Below, piece after piece: positions 1-9,773 of a stretch of DNA of 64,000 bases. This stretch comes from an uncultured bacterium (GTDB taxonomy: Bacteria > Desulfobacterota_D > UBA1144 > Nemesobacterales > UBA2774). The position numbers and the translations under genes were made by a program. The notes under the pieces are model-generated. The model saw only the letters and a program-made list of their open reading frames with translations. It ran no database searches and had not been told where the DNA came from. The stretch is from positions 320,001-384,000 of the forward strand of contig CAVPJU010000010.1 in the NCBI GenBank assembly GCA_963705505.1. Reading direction: 5' to 3'. How positions within the stretch are numbered: position 1 is the first letter of the stretch; each line of letters opens with the position of its first letter.

Positions 1-465
1 GTGAGTACGACGACGTTTTCGATCTCGCTTTCCGCTCCGTTATTTGTCTTGTATTTGCTGAATTCGTAGGAGCCCAGAATCACGCCCTCGGCCAGAGCAG
101 AGACGTAACCGCGCTCTCCGCAAAATTCCGGACCGAAGGCAATAGACGTACATGCATCTTTCAGCTTTTTGGCCGTCAGGTTTCCGGCTTTCCTCGACCG
201 TATCCGGAGTGAATCCGGACCTGACCCCAAGCCCCAGGAGAAGCACCCGTTTGGCGCCTATCTTCCCGAAAGTGCTGCTTAATATAAGGCTTTTCCCCAT
301 GTCTCCCACAAATTTTTCGTCCTCGGACAGGCCTTTCAATACGTCCCCTAAAGCGTCATTCACGATCTTTGCGGACCCTGAAAATTTATCCCCTTTGAAC
401 ATACCCACTACGAGGAGATCCGTCTTTACTTTCAATATATCTTCATTGCTTTGCCTGAAGTTCAA
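1..465 (-). pseudogene. pepA: Leucyl aminopeptidase (M17) N-terminal part with a +1 frameshift near nt 195; runs off the window edge
   Basis: TTG start at 465 with AGGAGG RBS. ORF reads ...KRVLLLGLG...TPDTV. Removing one base near 195 continues as RKAGNLTAKKLK...ALAEGVILGSYEFSKYKT, the M17 N-domain motif. May be a sequencing error rather than a true pseudogene. Confidence 0.75.
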
Positions 466-736
466 TTCGCTTCGCCTCCTTTAATTCAAAATCGTGAGAT
501 TAGATTAGCATACCGTTTCGAAATTGAAACTGCGGTAAATTTCAGTTAAATACCTATCAGAATTAATTTACATTATATTCTATGGTATACTTTTCATGAG
601 ATTAAACTCAAAATCTCTAAATTAAAAACAATTTATTTAAAACATCGGTACGCGTTTTTTAGTAGATGTATTAACAAAAATTAGGTAAATTATTACTCTA
701 AAAAAATCTTTTAATACCCGCAAGGAGGAAATTATA

Positions 737-1018
737 ATGGGTTGCCCGTATAAAGCTATTGCAGACGATACCAGAAGGAAGATCCTGGAGTTCTTAAGCC
801 AGGGTGAAAGCGCGGCCGGGGATATTGCGAGCAAGTTCGACATATCCAAGCCCGCCATCTCGAACCATCTCAAGATCCTGAAGGAGGCCGAAATTGTTAA
901 TGAGCGTAAAGTCAGACAAAACCGACTTTATTCCCTCAATAGCAACAAGATAGAGAATATGAGATATTTTCTCGCTTCTTTGACAGGAAAAGACAATCAA
1001 CCAATGAGAGCCCAGTAA
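737..1018 (+). CDS. ArsR/SmtB-family (SdpR-like) transcriptional repressor
   Basis: KAIADDTRRKIL...AGDIASKFDISKPAISNHLKILKEA...YSLN winged HTH; AAGGAGG RBS. Confidence 0.9.
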   Translation: MGCPYKAIADDTRRKILEFLSQGESAAGDIASKFDISKPAISNHLKILKEAEIVNERKVRQNRLYSLNSNKIENMRYFLASLTGKDNQPMRAQ

Positions 1019-1229
1019 CCGCTGCTGCACTATATCGGTAATTGATCAGATAAGCAAAACGTCGGTTACGAATTCGAGAGAAAGCCGTTTCTGGTGGCGT
1101 GATACCGGAAACGGCTTTTTATATTTATAATCATATAAGAAGCTATACTATCTCTCCGATGCAATCGAATAGGAAGAAATCCCGATTCTATGTCTCCGAA
1201 TCTAAAATCGAGCTTCCGGCCGTGACAAG

Positions 1230-2294
1230 ATGTCAAGAGTAATTTCAGTCGGCACAGCAGAAGTGGCACATGAGTTCAACCAGAGCGAGTTAAAAAAAAT
1301 CGCGCAGATCCTGTTATCTTCCAAAGGACACGATCCGGGCCGGATACTCGATGTATTCGACAACTCCCTGATCGAAAAGAGAGGCTTCGTACATCCCCTC
1401 GAGTGGTTTGAAAACGAAAAGAGCTTTAAGGAGCGCTCGGAGTCGTATCTTGCATCCTCGCTCACACTGTCCCTTTCCGCCCTCAAAGACTGCCTGGGCA
1501 GATACGGCGGCGACTTCAATGATTTCGACCACATTATATACGTTTCAAGCACAGGGGTCGCAACCCCTTCCATAGACGCTATCCTGGTAAACGAGTTAAG
1601 ACTGGACAACCATATGAAGCGCACCCCGATCTGGGGCCTCGGATGCGCGGGCGGGGCGGCGGGACTGAGCCGCGCGTTTGAATATACGAAGGCCTTTCCC
1701 AAGAGCGCGGCGCTTTTAATCGCTACGGAGATATGCAGCCTGGCTTTCCACGGTGACGACTACTCCAAGAGCAATATCGTTTCACTCGCTCTCTTTTCGG
1801 ACGGCGCCGCCGCGGTCATAGTGGCGGGAAAGGAAAACAAACTATACGGGCGCTCGAACCTGAGCCTCCTCGAATCCCTGTCGACGACGTATTACGACTC
1901 GCTCGATGTAATGGGCTGGGAAATCCTGAACGACGGCTTCAAAGCCATATTCAGCAAGGAGATCCCGGCCATAGTGAGAAAAAAAGTGCGGACGAATATA
2001 GAAGAGCTCATATCGAGTCACGGAATATCCGTCGAGGATTTAAAACACTACGTCGTCCATCCGGGAGGACCGAAAGTCCTGAGCGAGTACGAGGGGTCCC
2101 TGGGATTCGAGGAAGGGGCATTCGCATACTCCAGAAAGGTGTTGAGAGAGCACGGGAATATGTCATCCCCCACCGTGCTTTACGTATTGAAGGAATTCAT
2201 GGAAGGAGAACATCAGGGTAAAGACGAATACGGCATAATCTCCGCACTCGGACCCGGGTTCAGCTCGGAGCTCCTTTTGTTCAAGACGGAATGA
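1230..2294 (+). CDS. Type III polyketide synthase (BpsA/SrsA-like)
   Basis: Catalytic triad motifs GLGCAGG, HPGG and HGNMSS; LFSDGAAA; GPGF at the C-terminus. Confidence 0.93.
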   Translation: MSRVISVGTAEVAHEFNQSELKKIAQILLSSKGHDPGRILDVFDNSLIEKRGFVHPLEWFENEKSFKERSESYLASSLTLSLSALKDCLGRYGGDFNDFDHIIYVSSTGVATPSIDAILVNELRLDNHMKRTPIWGLGCAGGAAGLSRAFEYTKAFPKSAALLIATEICSLAFHGDDYSKSNIVSLALFSDGAAAVIVAGKENKLYGRSNLSLLESLSTTYYDSLDVMGWEILNDGFKAIFSKEIPAIVRKKVRTNIEELISSHGISVEDLKHYVVHPGGPKVLSEYEGSLGFEEGAFAYSRKVLREHGNMSSPTVLYVLKEFMEGEHQGKDEYGIISALGPGFSSELLLFKTE

Positions 2295-2818
2295 AGATCT
2301 TTTGGCTCTTTCTGGCATTATTGGTGATACAGCGTATCTGTGAGCTTCTCCTCGCAAAGCGAAACGAAAGGATCGTCAGGAAAGAGGGAGCGATTGAGTA
2401 CGACAGCGGCGGATACAAAGTTATCGTCGCGATGCATGCCGCATTTTTCATATCGCTCGTATCCGAATACTCGCTCCTCGGAAAAACGCTCAATGACCGC
2501 TGGCCCGCTCTTATTGCAGTCTTCCTGCTTGCGCAGGCTCTCCGGTACTGGTCAATCTGCAGCCTGGGTAAATACTGGAACACGAAGGTGCTCGTCGTAC
2601 CAGGGGCCGGCGCGGTGACAAAAGGACCGTATAGGTATTTTAAGCACCCCAATTATCTGGCTGTCGTAATAGAGATCGCCGTAATCCCTCTCATCTTCTC
2701 ATGCTACATAACTTCGGCTCTGTTCAGCGTCCTCAATCTCATAGTCCTGAGACGGAGGATAAAAATCGAGGAGTCGGCTTTATCCGGGAAATCGACGGTC
2801 GGGGGAATCCGGACTTAA
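2291..2818 (+). CDS. Isoprenylcysteine carboxyl methyltransferase-family protein (BpsB/SrsB-like)
   Basis: QRICEL, LGKYWN, GPYRYFKHPNY and RIKIEE motifs; ATGA overlap with the PKS stop. Confidence 0.9.
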   Translation: MKIFWLFLALLVIQRICELLLAKRNERIVRKEGAIEYDSGGYKVIVAMHAAFFISLVSEYSLLGKTLNDRWPALIAVFLLAQALRYWSICSLGKYWNTKVLVVPGAGAVTKGPYRYFKHPNYLAVVIEIAVIPLIFSCYITSALFSVLNLIVLRRRIKIEESALSGKSTVGGIRT

Positions 2819-3591
2819 GCTTCACTCCCTCCGGAACCAGTGTATTTACCACCGATTGTATTTTAAAAATAGATTTTATATACAGAGCCTGACAGATAAT
2901 GAATATATTTTACATATATAGTATATATAGATTTATTCCATATGCTTTTATTGCTTTTATATGCGTTCTATATAATAGAACCTGAGAAATCGATTATTTC
3001 ACCCATTTTTTCTTTAAGTTTTTCCTAAAAACTGACAATTTACATTAGGAGGGCGTTTTGCATTGATTTCAGCCGGTTAGTCCGGGTTCCTGGTCTTTAT
3101 CTTTAGAAGTTAAATCTTTAAAAATCAACAGCTAAAGATGCCAAATAATACTTAAACAAAGTTGTGAGGTATTATTATCCTATAATTATGATAGGATACA
3201 ATCAATACTTAAAGTCTCATATGATGACGAGCAGCAAATTCAAGTAACGGATTAAGCATCTTAAGCGAAGACCCGCGGGGATCTCCATGCGATAGATCGA
3301 AAAGCATCGAATTACCCCAATACGGCTCGATTGGTCCCGATGCAGCGAATTCGCTATTCTAAATATATTATATATACAGCAAATAAAAGACCCGGAGGAT
3401 TCCCGTATATCCCGGGCTCAGCCGTAAAGAGTGTTACCGCAATTTTTACCCTCCGGACACGACCCGGCGATTGCCCGGGGTATCGACTTAATCGTCCCCA
3501 CGTATGAAAAGCAGCTCCTTCTTGAACACCTCTCTCTCAATAGGATAGAATAAGGTCGTAGCAGGCACATTAAAAATTACGGGGGTGTTAT

Positions 3592-4029
3592 ATGGTAAGC
3601 TCAATATTCCGTACCAGTGACGATTTAGGTGCGTTTATAGCAAGAATCGCTCTCGGTATTGTGATACTTCCCCACGGCTTGCAAAAACTCCTGGGACTAT
3701 TCGGGGGCCCGGGTTTCTCGGGCACCGTCGATTACTTCGTGAGCAGCGGACTCCCCGCTTTCGTCGCAATTCTCATAATCATCGGAGAATCGTTCGGCGC
3801 TCTGGGTCTCATACTCGGGTTCCTCAGCAGGCTCGCGGCGCTCGGCATAACGATAATCATGCTCGGGGCAATCATTACCGTTCATCTCCAGAACGGCTTT
3901 TTCATGAACTGGGACGGAAGCAAGGCGGGGGAAGGTTTCGAATTTCATTTGTTAGCCATCGGCCTTGCGCTGATCGTGCTTATAAAAGGCGGAGGCATCT
4001 GGTCGGTTGACGGAGCGATTGTGAAGTAA
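3592..4029 (+). CDS. DoxX-family membrane protein
   Basis: RIALG...HGLQKL, GEGFEFHLL and GGGIWSVD motifs; four hydrophobic segments. Confidence 0.9.
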   Translation: MVSSIFRTSDDLGAFIARIALGIVILPHGLQKLLGLFGGPGFSGTVDYFVSSGLPAFVAILIIIGESFGALGLILGFLSRLAALGITIIMLGAIITVHLQNGFFMNWDGSKAGEGFEFHLLAIGLALIVLIKGGGIWSVDGAIVK

Positions 4030-4359
4030 TCCCGCTCATGGGACAGTTGTTTTTTTATTCGACGACATCCGGAATCTTAACCGTAATCTTGCGGACAGAG
4101 GGAACCTACATCATCTCCGTTATCTGTGTTTAGCATAAACCTTTGCGGGGATATTATCCGGACCCCAGGGAAATATTCCGTATCCCTATTCACTCTCATA
4201 TTCGCTCTGCGTTCTAAACGTATAACAACCCCGAACGGGCTCAAAAAGTCTTATAGTCATGAACCCGCACGGAGCAACGCAGTCTATAAATTGCTTAATT
4301 ATCCGCTCCGACCAGATATCCGAAATTCATAAATTCTAAATCATTTATTACCCCAACAG

Positions 4360-4415
4360 TTGATTTTACAAAACTACTCATATAAAATGAATTTTCGTAA
4401 TTATCTAATTACGAA
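4360..4415 (+). promoter_or_regulatory. Sigma-70-like promoter and palindromic operator upstream of the second ArsR gene
   Basis: TTGATT(4360)-17 bp-TAAAAT(4383), followed by the perfect inverted repeat TTCGTAATTA-TC-TAATTACGAA (4394-4415). Confidence 0.7.
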
Positions 4416-4426
4416 CCAGACGGGGG

Positions 4427-4693
4427 ATGAAAATGGGATGCAGTTTCAAAGCCATCAGCGATGAACGCAGAAGGATGATACTTAAAATATTGGGGAAAAG
4501 TGATGCCAGCGCGGGTGAAATAGCAAGCAAGTTCAACATATCACAACCCACTGTCTCGAACCATTTAAAAATCCTGAAAGAAGCGGGACTGATAAAAGAA
4601 CAGAAAATTAAACAGAACCGAATTTACTCTCTCAACAGAGACGAGCTCAAAAGAGTTATAGACATCCTGCGGGAATTGGCCGGGGAATTGTAA
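4427..4693 (+). CDS. ArsR/SmtB-family repressor, paralog of 737..1018
   Basis: MGCSFKAISDERRRMIL...SQPTVSNHLKILKEAGL...QNRIYSLN. Confidence 0.9.
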   Translation: MKMGCSFKAISDERRRMILKILGKSDASAGEIASKFNISQPTVSNHLKILKEAGLIKEQKIKQNRIYSLNRDELKRVIDILRELAGEL

Positions 4694-4993
4694 ATACGTC
4701 GAGCCCCGGTCCGGCAATCGATGACTCCAACAATAATTAATCATCATCGGCGCCGATTCCAGTCATACAAAAAAACGAACCATGTAGTCCATCGATTCGG
4801 CAAACACAGGGACACGGGCCCGTGAAGGTCGTTTATTTTTTGATGACACACGGATCATCGGCGCCCGCCCTTCCCTCCCCCCGGACTGATTCCTAAATTT
4901 GTCCGCATGGGTTATACTGATGTTGTCTTTTTGAGTACCTATTAATATATAATTTATAATCCGACTAAATGAACAGAAAGCCGGGAGCTTTTT

Positions 4994-6169
4994 ATGATTA
5001 ATACCGAAAGAATGACAGAGCATGTAATGGATCTCATCAGGATCGACAGCCCTTCAAAAAGGGAAAAGGATGTGGCAATCAGGCTCGAGAAAGAAATGAA
5101 AGAGCTTGGGGCGGAATGTTTCTACGACGATGCGGGGGACAAGGTAAACGGGAACGTAGGGAACCTTATCGTAAAGCTCAAGGGGAACAGGTCAGGCGTC
5201 CCGCCCTTTTTTCTTTCCGCCCACATGGACACGGTAGGACCGGGGGAAGGCATTAAACCGAGGATCGCAGAGGGCATCATCAAAAGTGACGGGACCACGA
5301 TTCTCGGAAGCGACGACAAGAGCGGCGTCGCCGTGATAGTCGAGGTTCTGAGAACGCTCAAGGAAAGGGACATTCCCCATGCCGATATCGAAGTCGCATT
5401 TACGATATGTGAGGAGATCGGGCTTCTGGGCGCAAAGTTTATAGACATATCGAAATTCGATTCCAGATACGGGATCGTGCTCGACAGCAGCACGCCTTCC
5501 CGCCTCGTCCTGAGATGCCCCTCGGCCGTTAAGCTCGAATTCACGGTGCACGGTCTCGAAGCGCATGCGGGCGTGTGCCCGGAAAACGGGCTCAGCGCTA
5601 TCAAGATCGCGAGCGAGGCAATATCACAGATGAAGCTAGGCAGGATAGACGAAATCACGACTGCCAATATAGGCATAATTCAGGGCGGCAGGGCGACAAA
5701 CATTATTCCCAATCTGGTGAGAGTGGTCGGAGAAGCGAGGAGCCACAGCGAGGAGGCGCTTAAAGCCCAGGTGGACCACATGAGAAAGTGCTTCCATGAC
5801 ACCGTATCCGGATACGAGGTTACGATACACGACGACCTATCGCTCGAGGGTACGACACGCGTTGCGACGCTCGAGGAGAAAATAGAACGCAGCTACGACA
5901 GGATGGACGTATCGCCCGAATCGATACCCGCGCGCCTCGTCGAAACGGCTGTCGGGAATTTGGGGCATAACATAAAGCACCACACGAGCGGAGGGGGTTG
6001 CGACGCAAACTACTTCAACAAAATGGGGATAAAGTGCGTAAACCTTGGAACAGGGATGTACGAGCTCCACACAGTGAACGAATACCTGGTGCTCGAGGAA
6101 TTTTACCGCTGCGCTGAAATAGTTCTGGAATCCCTGAAATTAAACGCAGTCAGCCCACTGAAAGCATAG
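4994..6169 (+). CDS. M20-family peptidase (peptidase T-like)
   Basis: SAHMDTV, LGSDDKSG, CEEIGLLG, GGGCDAN and HTVNE metal-binding motifs. Confidence 0.9.
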   Translation: MINTERMTEHVMDLIRIDSPSKREKDVAIRLEKEMKELGAECFYDDAGDKVNGNVGNLIVKLKGNRSGVPPFFLSAHMDTVGPGEGIKPRIAEGIIKSDGTTILGSDDKSGVAVIVEVLRTLKERDIPHADIEVAFTICEEIGLLGAKFIDISKFDSRYGIVLDSSTPSRLVLRCPSAVKLEFTVHGLEAHAGVCPENGLSAIKIASEAISQMKLGRIDEITTANIGIIQGGRATNIIPNLVRVVGEARSHSEEALKAQVDHMRKCFHDTVSGYEVTIHDDLSLEGTTRVATLEEKIERSYDRMDVSPESIPARLVETAVGNLGHNIKHHTSGGGCDANYFNKMGIKCVNLGTGMYELHTVNEYLVLEEFYRCAEIVLESLKLNAVSPLKA

Positions 6170-6229
6170 TATCCGAAATCGAATAACACTTATAGGACGG
6201 CCCCTCCTGTAAAAACCGATAAGAACGAA

Positions 6230-6610
6230 ATGAGGAAGAAAGCCTTAATTATAGTAGATCACGGCAGCACGGTAGAGGAAGCGAACGAGACGCTCGCCGA
6301 AGTCACCAAACTGTTAAAATCGGACGAGAAATGCGGCTTCGATATAATCCGCTTCTGCCACATGGAGCTTGCAGAGCCTACCGTCTCACAGGCGTTTGAC
6401 GAGTGCGTCGCGGAGGGCGCGAGCCACATCGTGGTGCACCCTTTTTTCCTCGTCCCTGGAAAACACTCCAAACAGGACATACCCAGAATGGTCGCGGAGG
6501 CCGCGAGCAAGCATAAGGGCGTGAGCCACTACGTAACCGAGCCCCTGGGGGTCCATCAAAAGATAATCGAAGTCGTGCTCGAAAGAGCAAACAGCAAGAA
6601 CCGGCCGTAA
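6230..6610 (+). CDS. cbiX: Single-domain class II chelatase (CbiX(S)/SirB-like sirohydrochlorin chelatase)
   Basis: IVDHGS, MELAEP, PFFLVPGKH...DIP and EPLGVH motifs. Confidence 0.85.
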   Translation: MRKKALIIVDHGSTVEEANETLAEVTKLLKSDEKCGFDIIRFCHMELAEPTVSQAFDECVAEGASHIVVHPFFLVPGKHSKQDIPRMVAEAASKHKGVSHYVTEPLGVHQKIIEVVLERANSKNRP

Positions 6611-6677
6611 AATTAAACTGATTCCGGACACCCGCCTCAATTAATTTGAAGACAGACGGGCGATTTAAAGCCAAGAC

Positions 6678-7448
6678 ATGAGAAAATACACGACCGTCAT
6701 ATTCGACCTCTTCGATACGATCGTCAACTTCAATTTCGGTCACCTGCCGGCAATCGATGTAAACGGGGTAAGGTCGAGGACTACGAGCAGTGAGGTATAT
6801 TCAGTCTTTAAGAGATACCATCCCGATATCCCGTTCGAAGAGTTCTATCCCTTTTTTATAGAGAGCTATCACCTGTTTCAGGAGATGAAACTAAGAGAAT
6901 ACAGAGAGTACCCCAACCGCGACAGGTTCATACTGATGCTCAGCAATATGAATATCGGGCCTGATGAGAACACGGGGCGCCTCGCCGACGAAATGGTCAC
7001 GGCACACATGGAGGGTCTTGCGAGCGCAGTTGAATTCCCCGAAGAGAACGAAAAGACTCTCGAAAATCTGAGAGACAAAGGGTACCGGATGGCCGTAATC
7101 TCAAATTTCGATTACGCCCCGACCGCTCATTTCCTCATAGACAAGTTCCGTATAAGGCGGTTTTTCGAACAAATAGTAATCTCGGAAGAAGTAGGGTGGA
7201 GAAAGCCAAATCCGATAATTTTCACGAGCGCTCTGGAGCTCCTCGAAATAAGTCCCGGAGAAGCCCTCCTGGTGGGCGATAATTTTAAGGCGGATGTGGC
7301 GGGAGCCAAGGGTGTGGGAATAGACGCCGTCTGGCTGAGCAATAAAAACCATGCGCCGGAAGACCTGTGCCCCGAACCCGATTATATTATCCGGGCGCTT
7401 CCCGACATTAGGGAAATCCTCCCGGAAGTCAGAAAATCTTCCCGCTGA
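6678..7448 (+). CDS. HAD-superfamily hydrolase
   Basis: FDLFDT, ISN, RKPNP and VGDNFKADV motifs. Confidence 0.9.
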   Translation: MRKYTTVIFDLFDTIVNFNFGHLPAIDVNGVRSRTTSSEVYSVFKRYHPDIPFEEFYPFFIESYHLFQEMKLREYREYPNRDRFILMLSNMNIGPDENTGRLADEMVTAHMEGLASAVEFPEENEKTLENLRDKGYRMAVISNFDYAPTAHFLIDKFRIRRFFEQIVISEEVGWRKPNPIIFTSALELLEISPGEALLVGDNFKADVAGAKGVGIDAVWLSNKNHAPEDLCPEPDYIIRALPDIREILPEVRKSSR

Positions 7449-7461
7449 AGATCGCCGGGTC

Positions 7462-7502
7462 ATAAAAAAAGGAGCCCTGAGTTCATAACTCAAAGCTCCT
7501 TG
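7462..7502. terminator. Intrinsic terminator hairpin between convergent genes
   Basis: AAAAAAA-GGAGC...TGAGTT-CAT-AACTCA...GCTCC-TT; the A-run gives a U-tract on the minus strand. Confidence 0.7.
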
Positions 7503-7589
7503 GTCTTATCGTTCAGATTCGTCTATCTTTTTAAAAGCCCGCTACAACGTGCCGCTGCTCCTTAGGCCCGCACGCTGTTCACAGACTCT

Positions 7590-9053
7590 TCATTCGAGAG
7601 TGACGTTCAAGTCGTACTTCAGGGCCGAAGACTTGTCCGGATAGCTCGCCGGCTCCACGAGAATGTAAACGACCTCCTGATCTTCGGTAGCCGACCATGA
7701 GAGTCTCGTTATTGCTCCCGCGTTCGCCGAGGACTTCTGCGCTACAATTACACGGTCCTGATCGAGTATGGTCAGGTTAAACCCTGTGTCCGTAGCCGGC
7801 GTCACTTTGACGCTCAGCTTCTGCTCGGCTTTCATCGGGACCGTATAGTAGTCCTTCTTGTCGTAGCCCCATGTCCCGGACAGGTATCCGGCGTATTTCC
7901 CCGGTTCCATTTCCATAGCCTTGTCGAATATATCCCCGGCGTCCGTCGTGCTGCCTATATCGAAATTGTCCTCGACCTTCACGTAGTATGCCGTGCCCAC
8001 AGGGGTGGGATCGTACTCGTTCCCCGCGCTGAAATAGTAAGTGTATTCGTCTTTCTCCGAATTCGTTGACCAGCTTACGGTCTTGAGCGTGCCCTCGCTG
8101 CCTATAATATTCTCGTGAACGACGAGGTTCCCCGCTTCGTTATAAATACCGACCCCGGCGTACGGGTTCTCGCTATCCGGCGTCCGTACTCCTGCGCTAA
8201 GCGTCTGTCCCGCTTTCAGCTTGACCGAGTAATACTCCCTCGCATTTTTGGCTATCGCGTGGTCAGTCGTATAATCCCCCGGTTCTACAGGAACTGCGGT
8301 TTCCGGCCTGTCTCCGCCTTTCGGAAGAGCCTTCAATTTGGAGACGGGCGCTTCTCCGGCTCCCTCGGCTTTCGCAACGACCTCCTCCTTCACCTCGGTC
8401 AATGCCTTTTTCAGCTGATCGGCGTTGTTCGCGGTGTAATACCTCCCTCCGCCGGCTTCAGCGATACAGCTGAGCTGCTCTTTTTCCTTCTGACCCACGT
8501 CAAAACCGACGACGTGCACCTTTACGTTGATACCCTTCTCCCTTAAATCTTTTATATAAGTGCATGCGTTCCCTTCGCAGGTCTCTTCCCCGTCGCTCAC
8601 CAGTATGATCGTCGTCTCTTCCTCGGTGGAGCCGAGCTTCTGTGCGGCCATCTCGAGCGATTTCGCGATCGGGGTCTTTCCCTTGGGCTGTATCGAGTTT
8701 ATCTTGTCTATGAGCGCCTGCTTGTTTATCGCTCCCACGTCCACCATAGTCTCTATATCGTTGCAATCCCCTTTGCTCCTGTGCCCGTAAACCTCGAGAC
8801 CCACGTTCACGTTGTCGGGCAGTCCGTCGATTAAATCGGCCATGACCGCCTTCGCGACGTCCATCTTGGATTTCCCGTCAACCTGTCCGGCCATACTGCC
8901 CGAAGCGTCCAGAATAAATAGAATATTCGCACCCGACGCACCTCCCCCGGTCGCCGCATGCGAAATACCGGCGGTGTGGATCGTGAATAATATCAATGCC
9001 GAAAAAAGAATCCGGAATGTAAATTTTGAAAGCCCTGCCCTTAAGCTACCCAT
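7590..9053 (-). CDS. Secreted vWA-domain protein with two C-terminal beta-sandwich (PPC-like) repeats
   Basis: Signal peptide; MIDAS motifs DASGS, T in GKTP and VSDG; two GD..x.A..(V/M)EPG.Y...YY.V repeats. Start at 9053 chosen from the AAGGAGG RBS. Confidence 0.85.
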   Translation of the reverse strand: MGSLRAGLSKFTFRILFSALILFTIHTAGISHAATGGGASGANILFILDASGSMAGQVDGKSKMDVAKAVMADLIDGLPDNVNVGLEVYGHRSKGDCNDIETMVDVGAINKQALIDKINSIQPKGKTPIAKSLEMAAQKLGSTEEETTIILVSDGEETCEGNACTYIKDLREKGINVKVHVVGFDVGQKEKEQLSCIAEAGGGRYYTANNADQLKKALTEVKEEVVAKAEGAGEAPVSKLKALPKGGDRPETAVPVEPGDYTTDHAIAKNAREYYSVKLKAGQTLSAGVRTPDSENPYAGVGIYNEAGNLVVHENIIGSEGTLKTVSWSTNSEKDEYTYYFSAGNEYDPTPVGTAYYVKVEDNFDIGSTTDAGDIFDKAMEMEPGKYAGYLSGTWGYDKKDYYTVPMKAEQKLSVKVTPATDTGFNLTILDQDRVIVAQKSSANAGAITRLSWSATEDQEVVYILVEPASYPDKSSALKYDLNVTLE

Positions 9054-9359
9054 CGTAACTTTTCCTCCTTTATGTCGGTGAAAATCACATATATGACGAG
9101 GTATAGGTTTATTTTGATAAAATGTCAATAGACGCAATGAGTTTTATGCAGTGATTATAGTGGCTTGGCTTTGTTAATATCCATTCCGTCATAAAAACCT
9201 GCCGCAGCCGGTCACCGGCAGATGCCGAATTCAGGACGAATTCCTTGTATCAGGCTCCCGGTTATATATATACTTTCACTCATTTTATCCGCCGGATTTC
9301 ATTAACTTTGTTGTTTTTGTCGTCTATTGATAAATTACCGACTCAAGGAGATTCGACCG

Positions 9360-9686
9360 ATGATTACCGTTGTTCTTCTTATTTTTTCCAACATCTTTAT
9401 GACCTTCGCCTGGTACGGGCACCTCAAATTCAGGTACCTCCCCCTCTGGGAAGTGGTACTAATAAGCTGGCTCATAGCTTTTGCCGAATACTGTTTCCAG
9501 GTCCCCGCCAACAGGTGGGGCTACGGGCAGTTCACCGCGGTACAGCTAAAGACGATTCAGGAGATAATTTCGCTGACCGTTTTTTCCTTCTTCAGCGTCC
9601 TATACCTTAACGAGCAGATTAGATGGAACTATATACTGGGCTTCGCTTTTCTCGTGGCCGGGGCCTATTTTATATTCAAAAAATGA
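9360..9686 (+). CDS. DMT-superfamily small membrane protein
   Basis: FMTFAWYGHL, EYCFQVPANR and QLKTIQE motifs; AAGGAG RBS before ATG 9360. Confidence 0.85.
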   Translation: MITVVLLIFSNIFMTFAWYGHLKFRYLPLWEVVLISWLIAFAEYCFQVPANRWGYGQFTAVQLKTIQEIISLTVFSFFSVLYLNEQIRWNYILGFAFLVAGAYFIFKK

Positions 9687-9773
9687 CTCGGATATAACAG
9701 AACCGATTGAACCGATAACACGTTTCGAAGTAGAATTGACGGAAGAGGGATCAGCCCATCCGATAGAGAGTTC

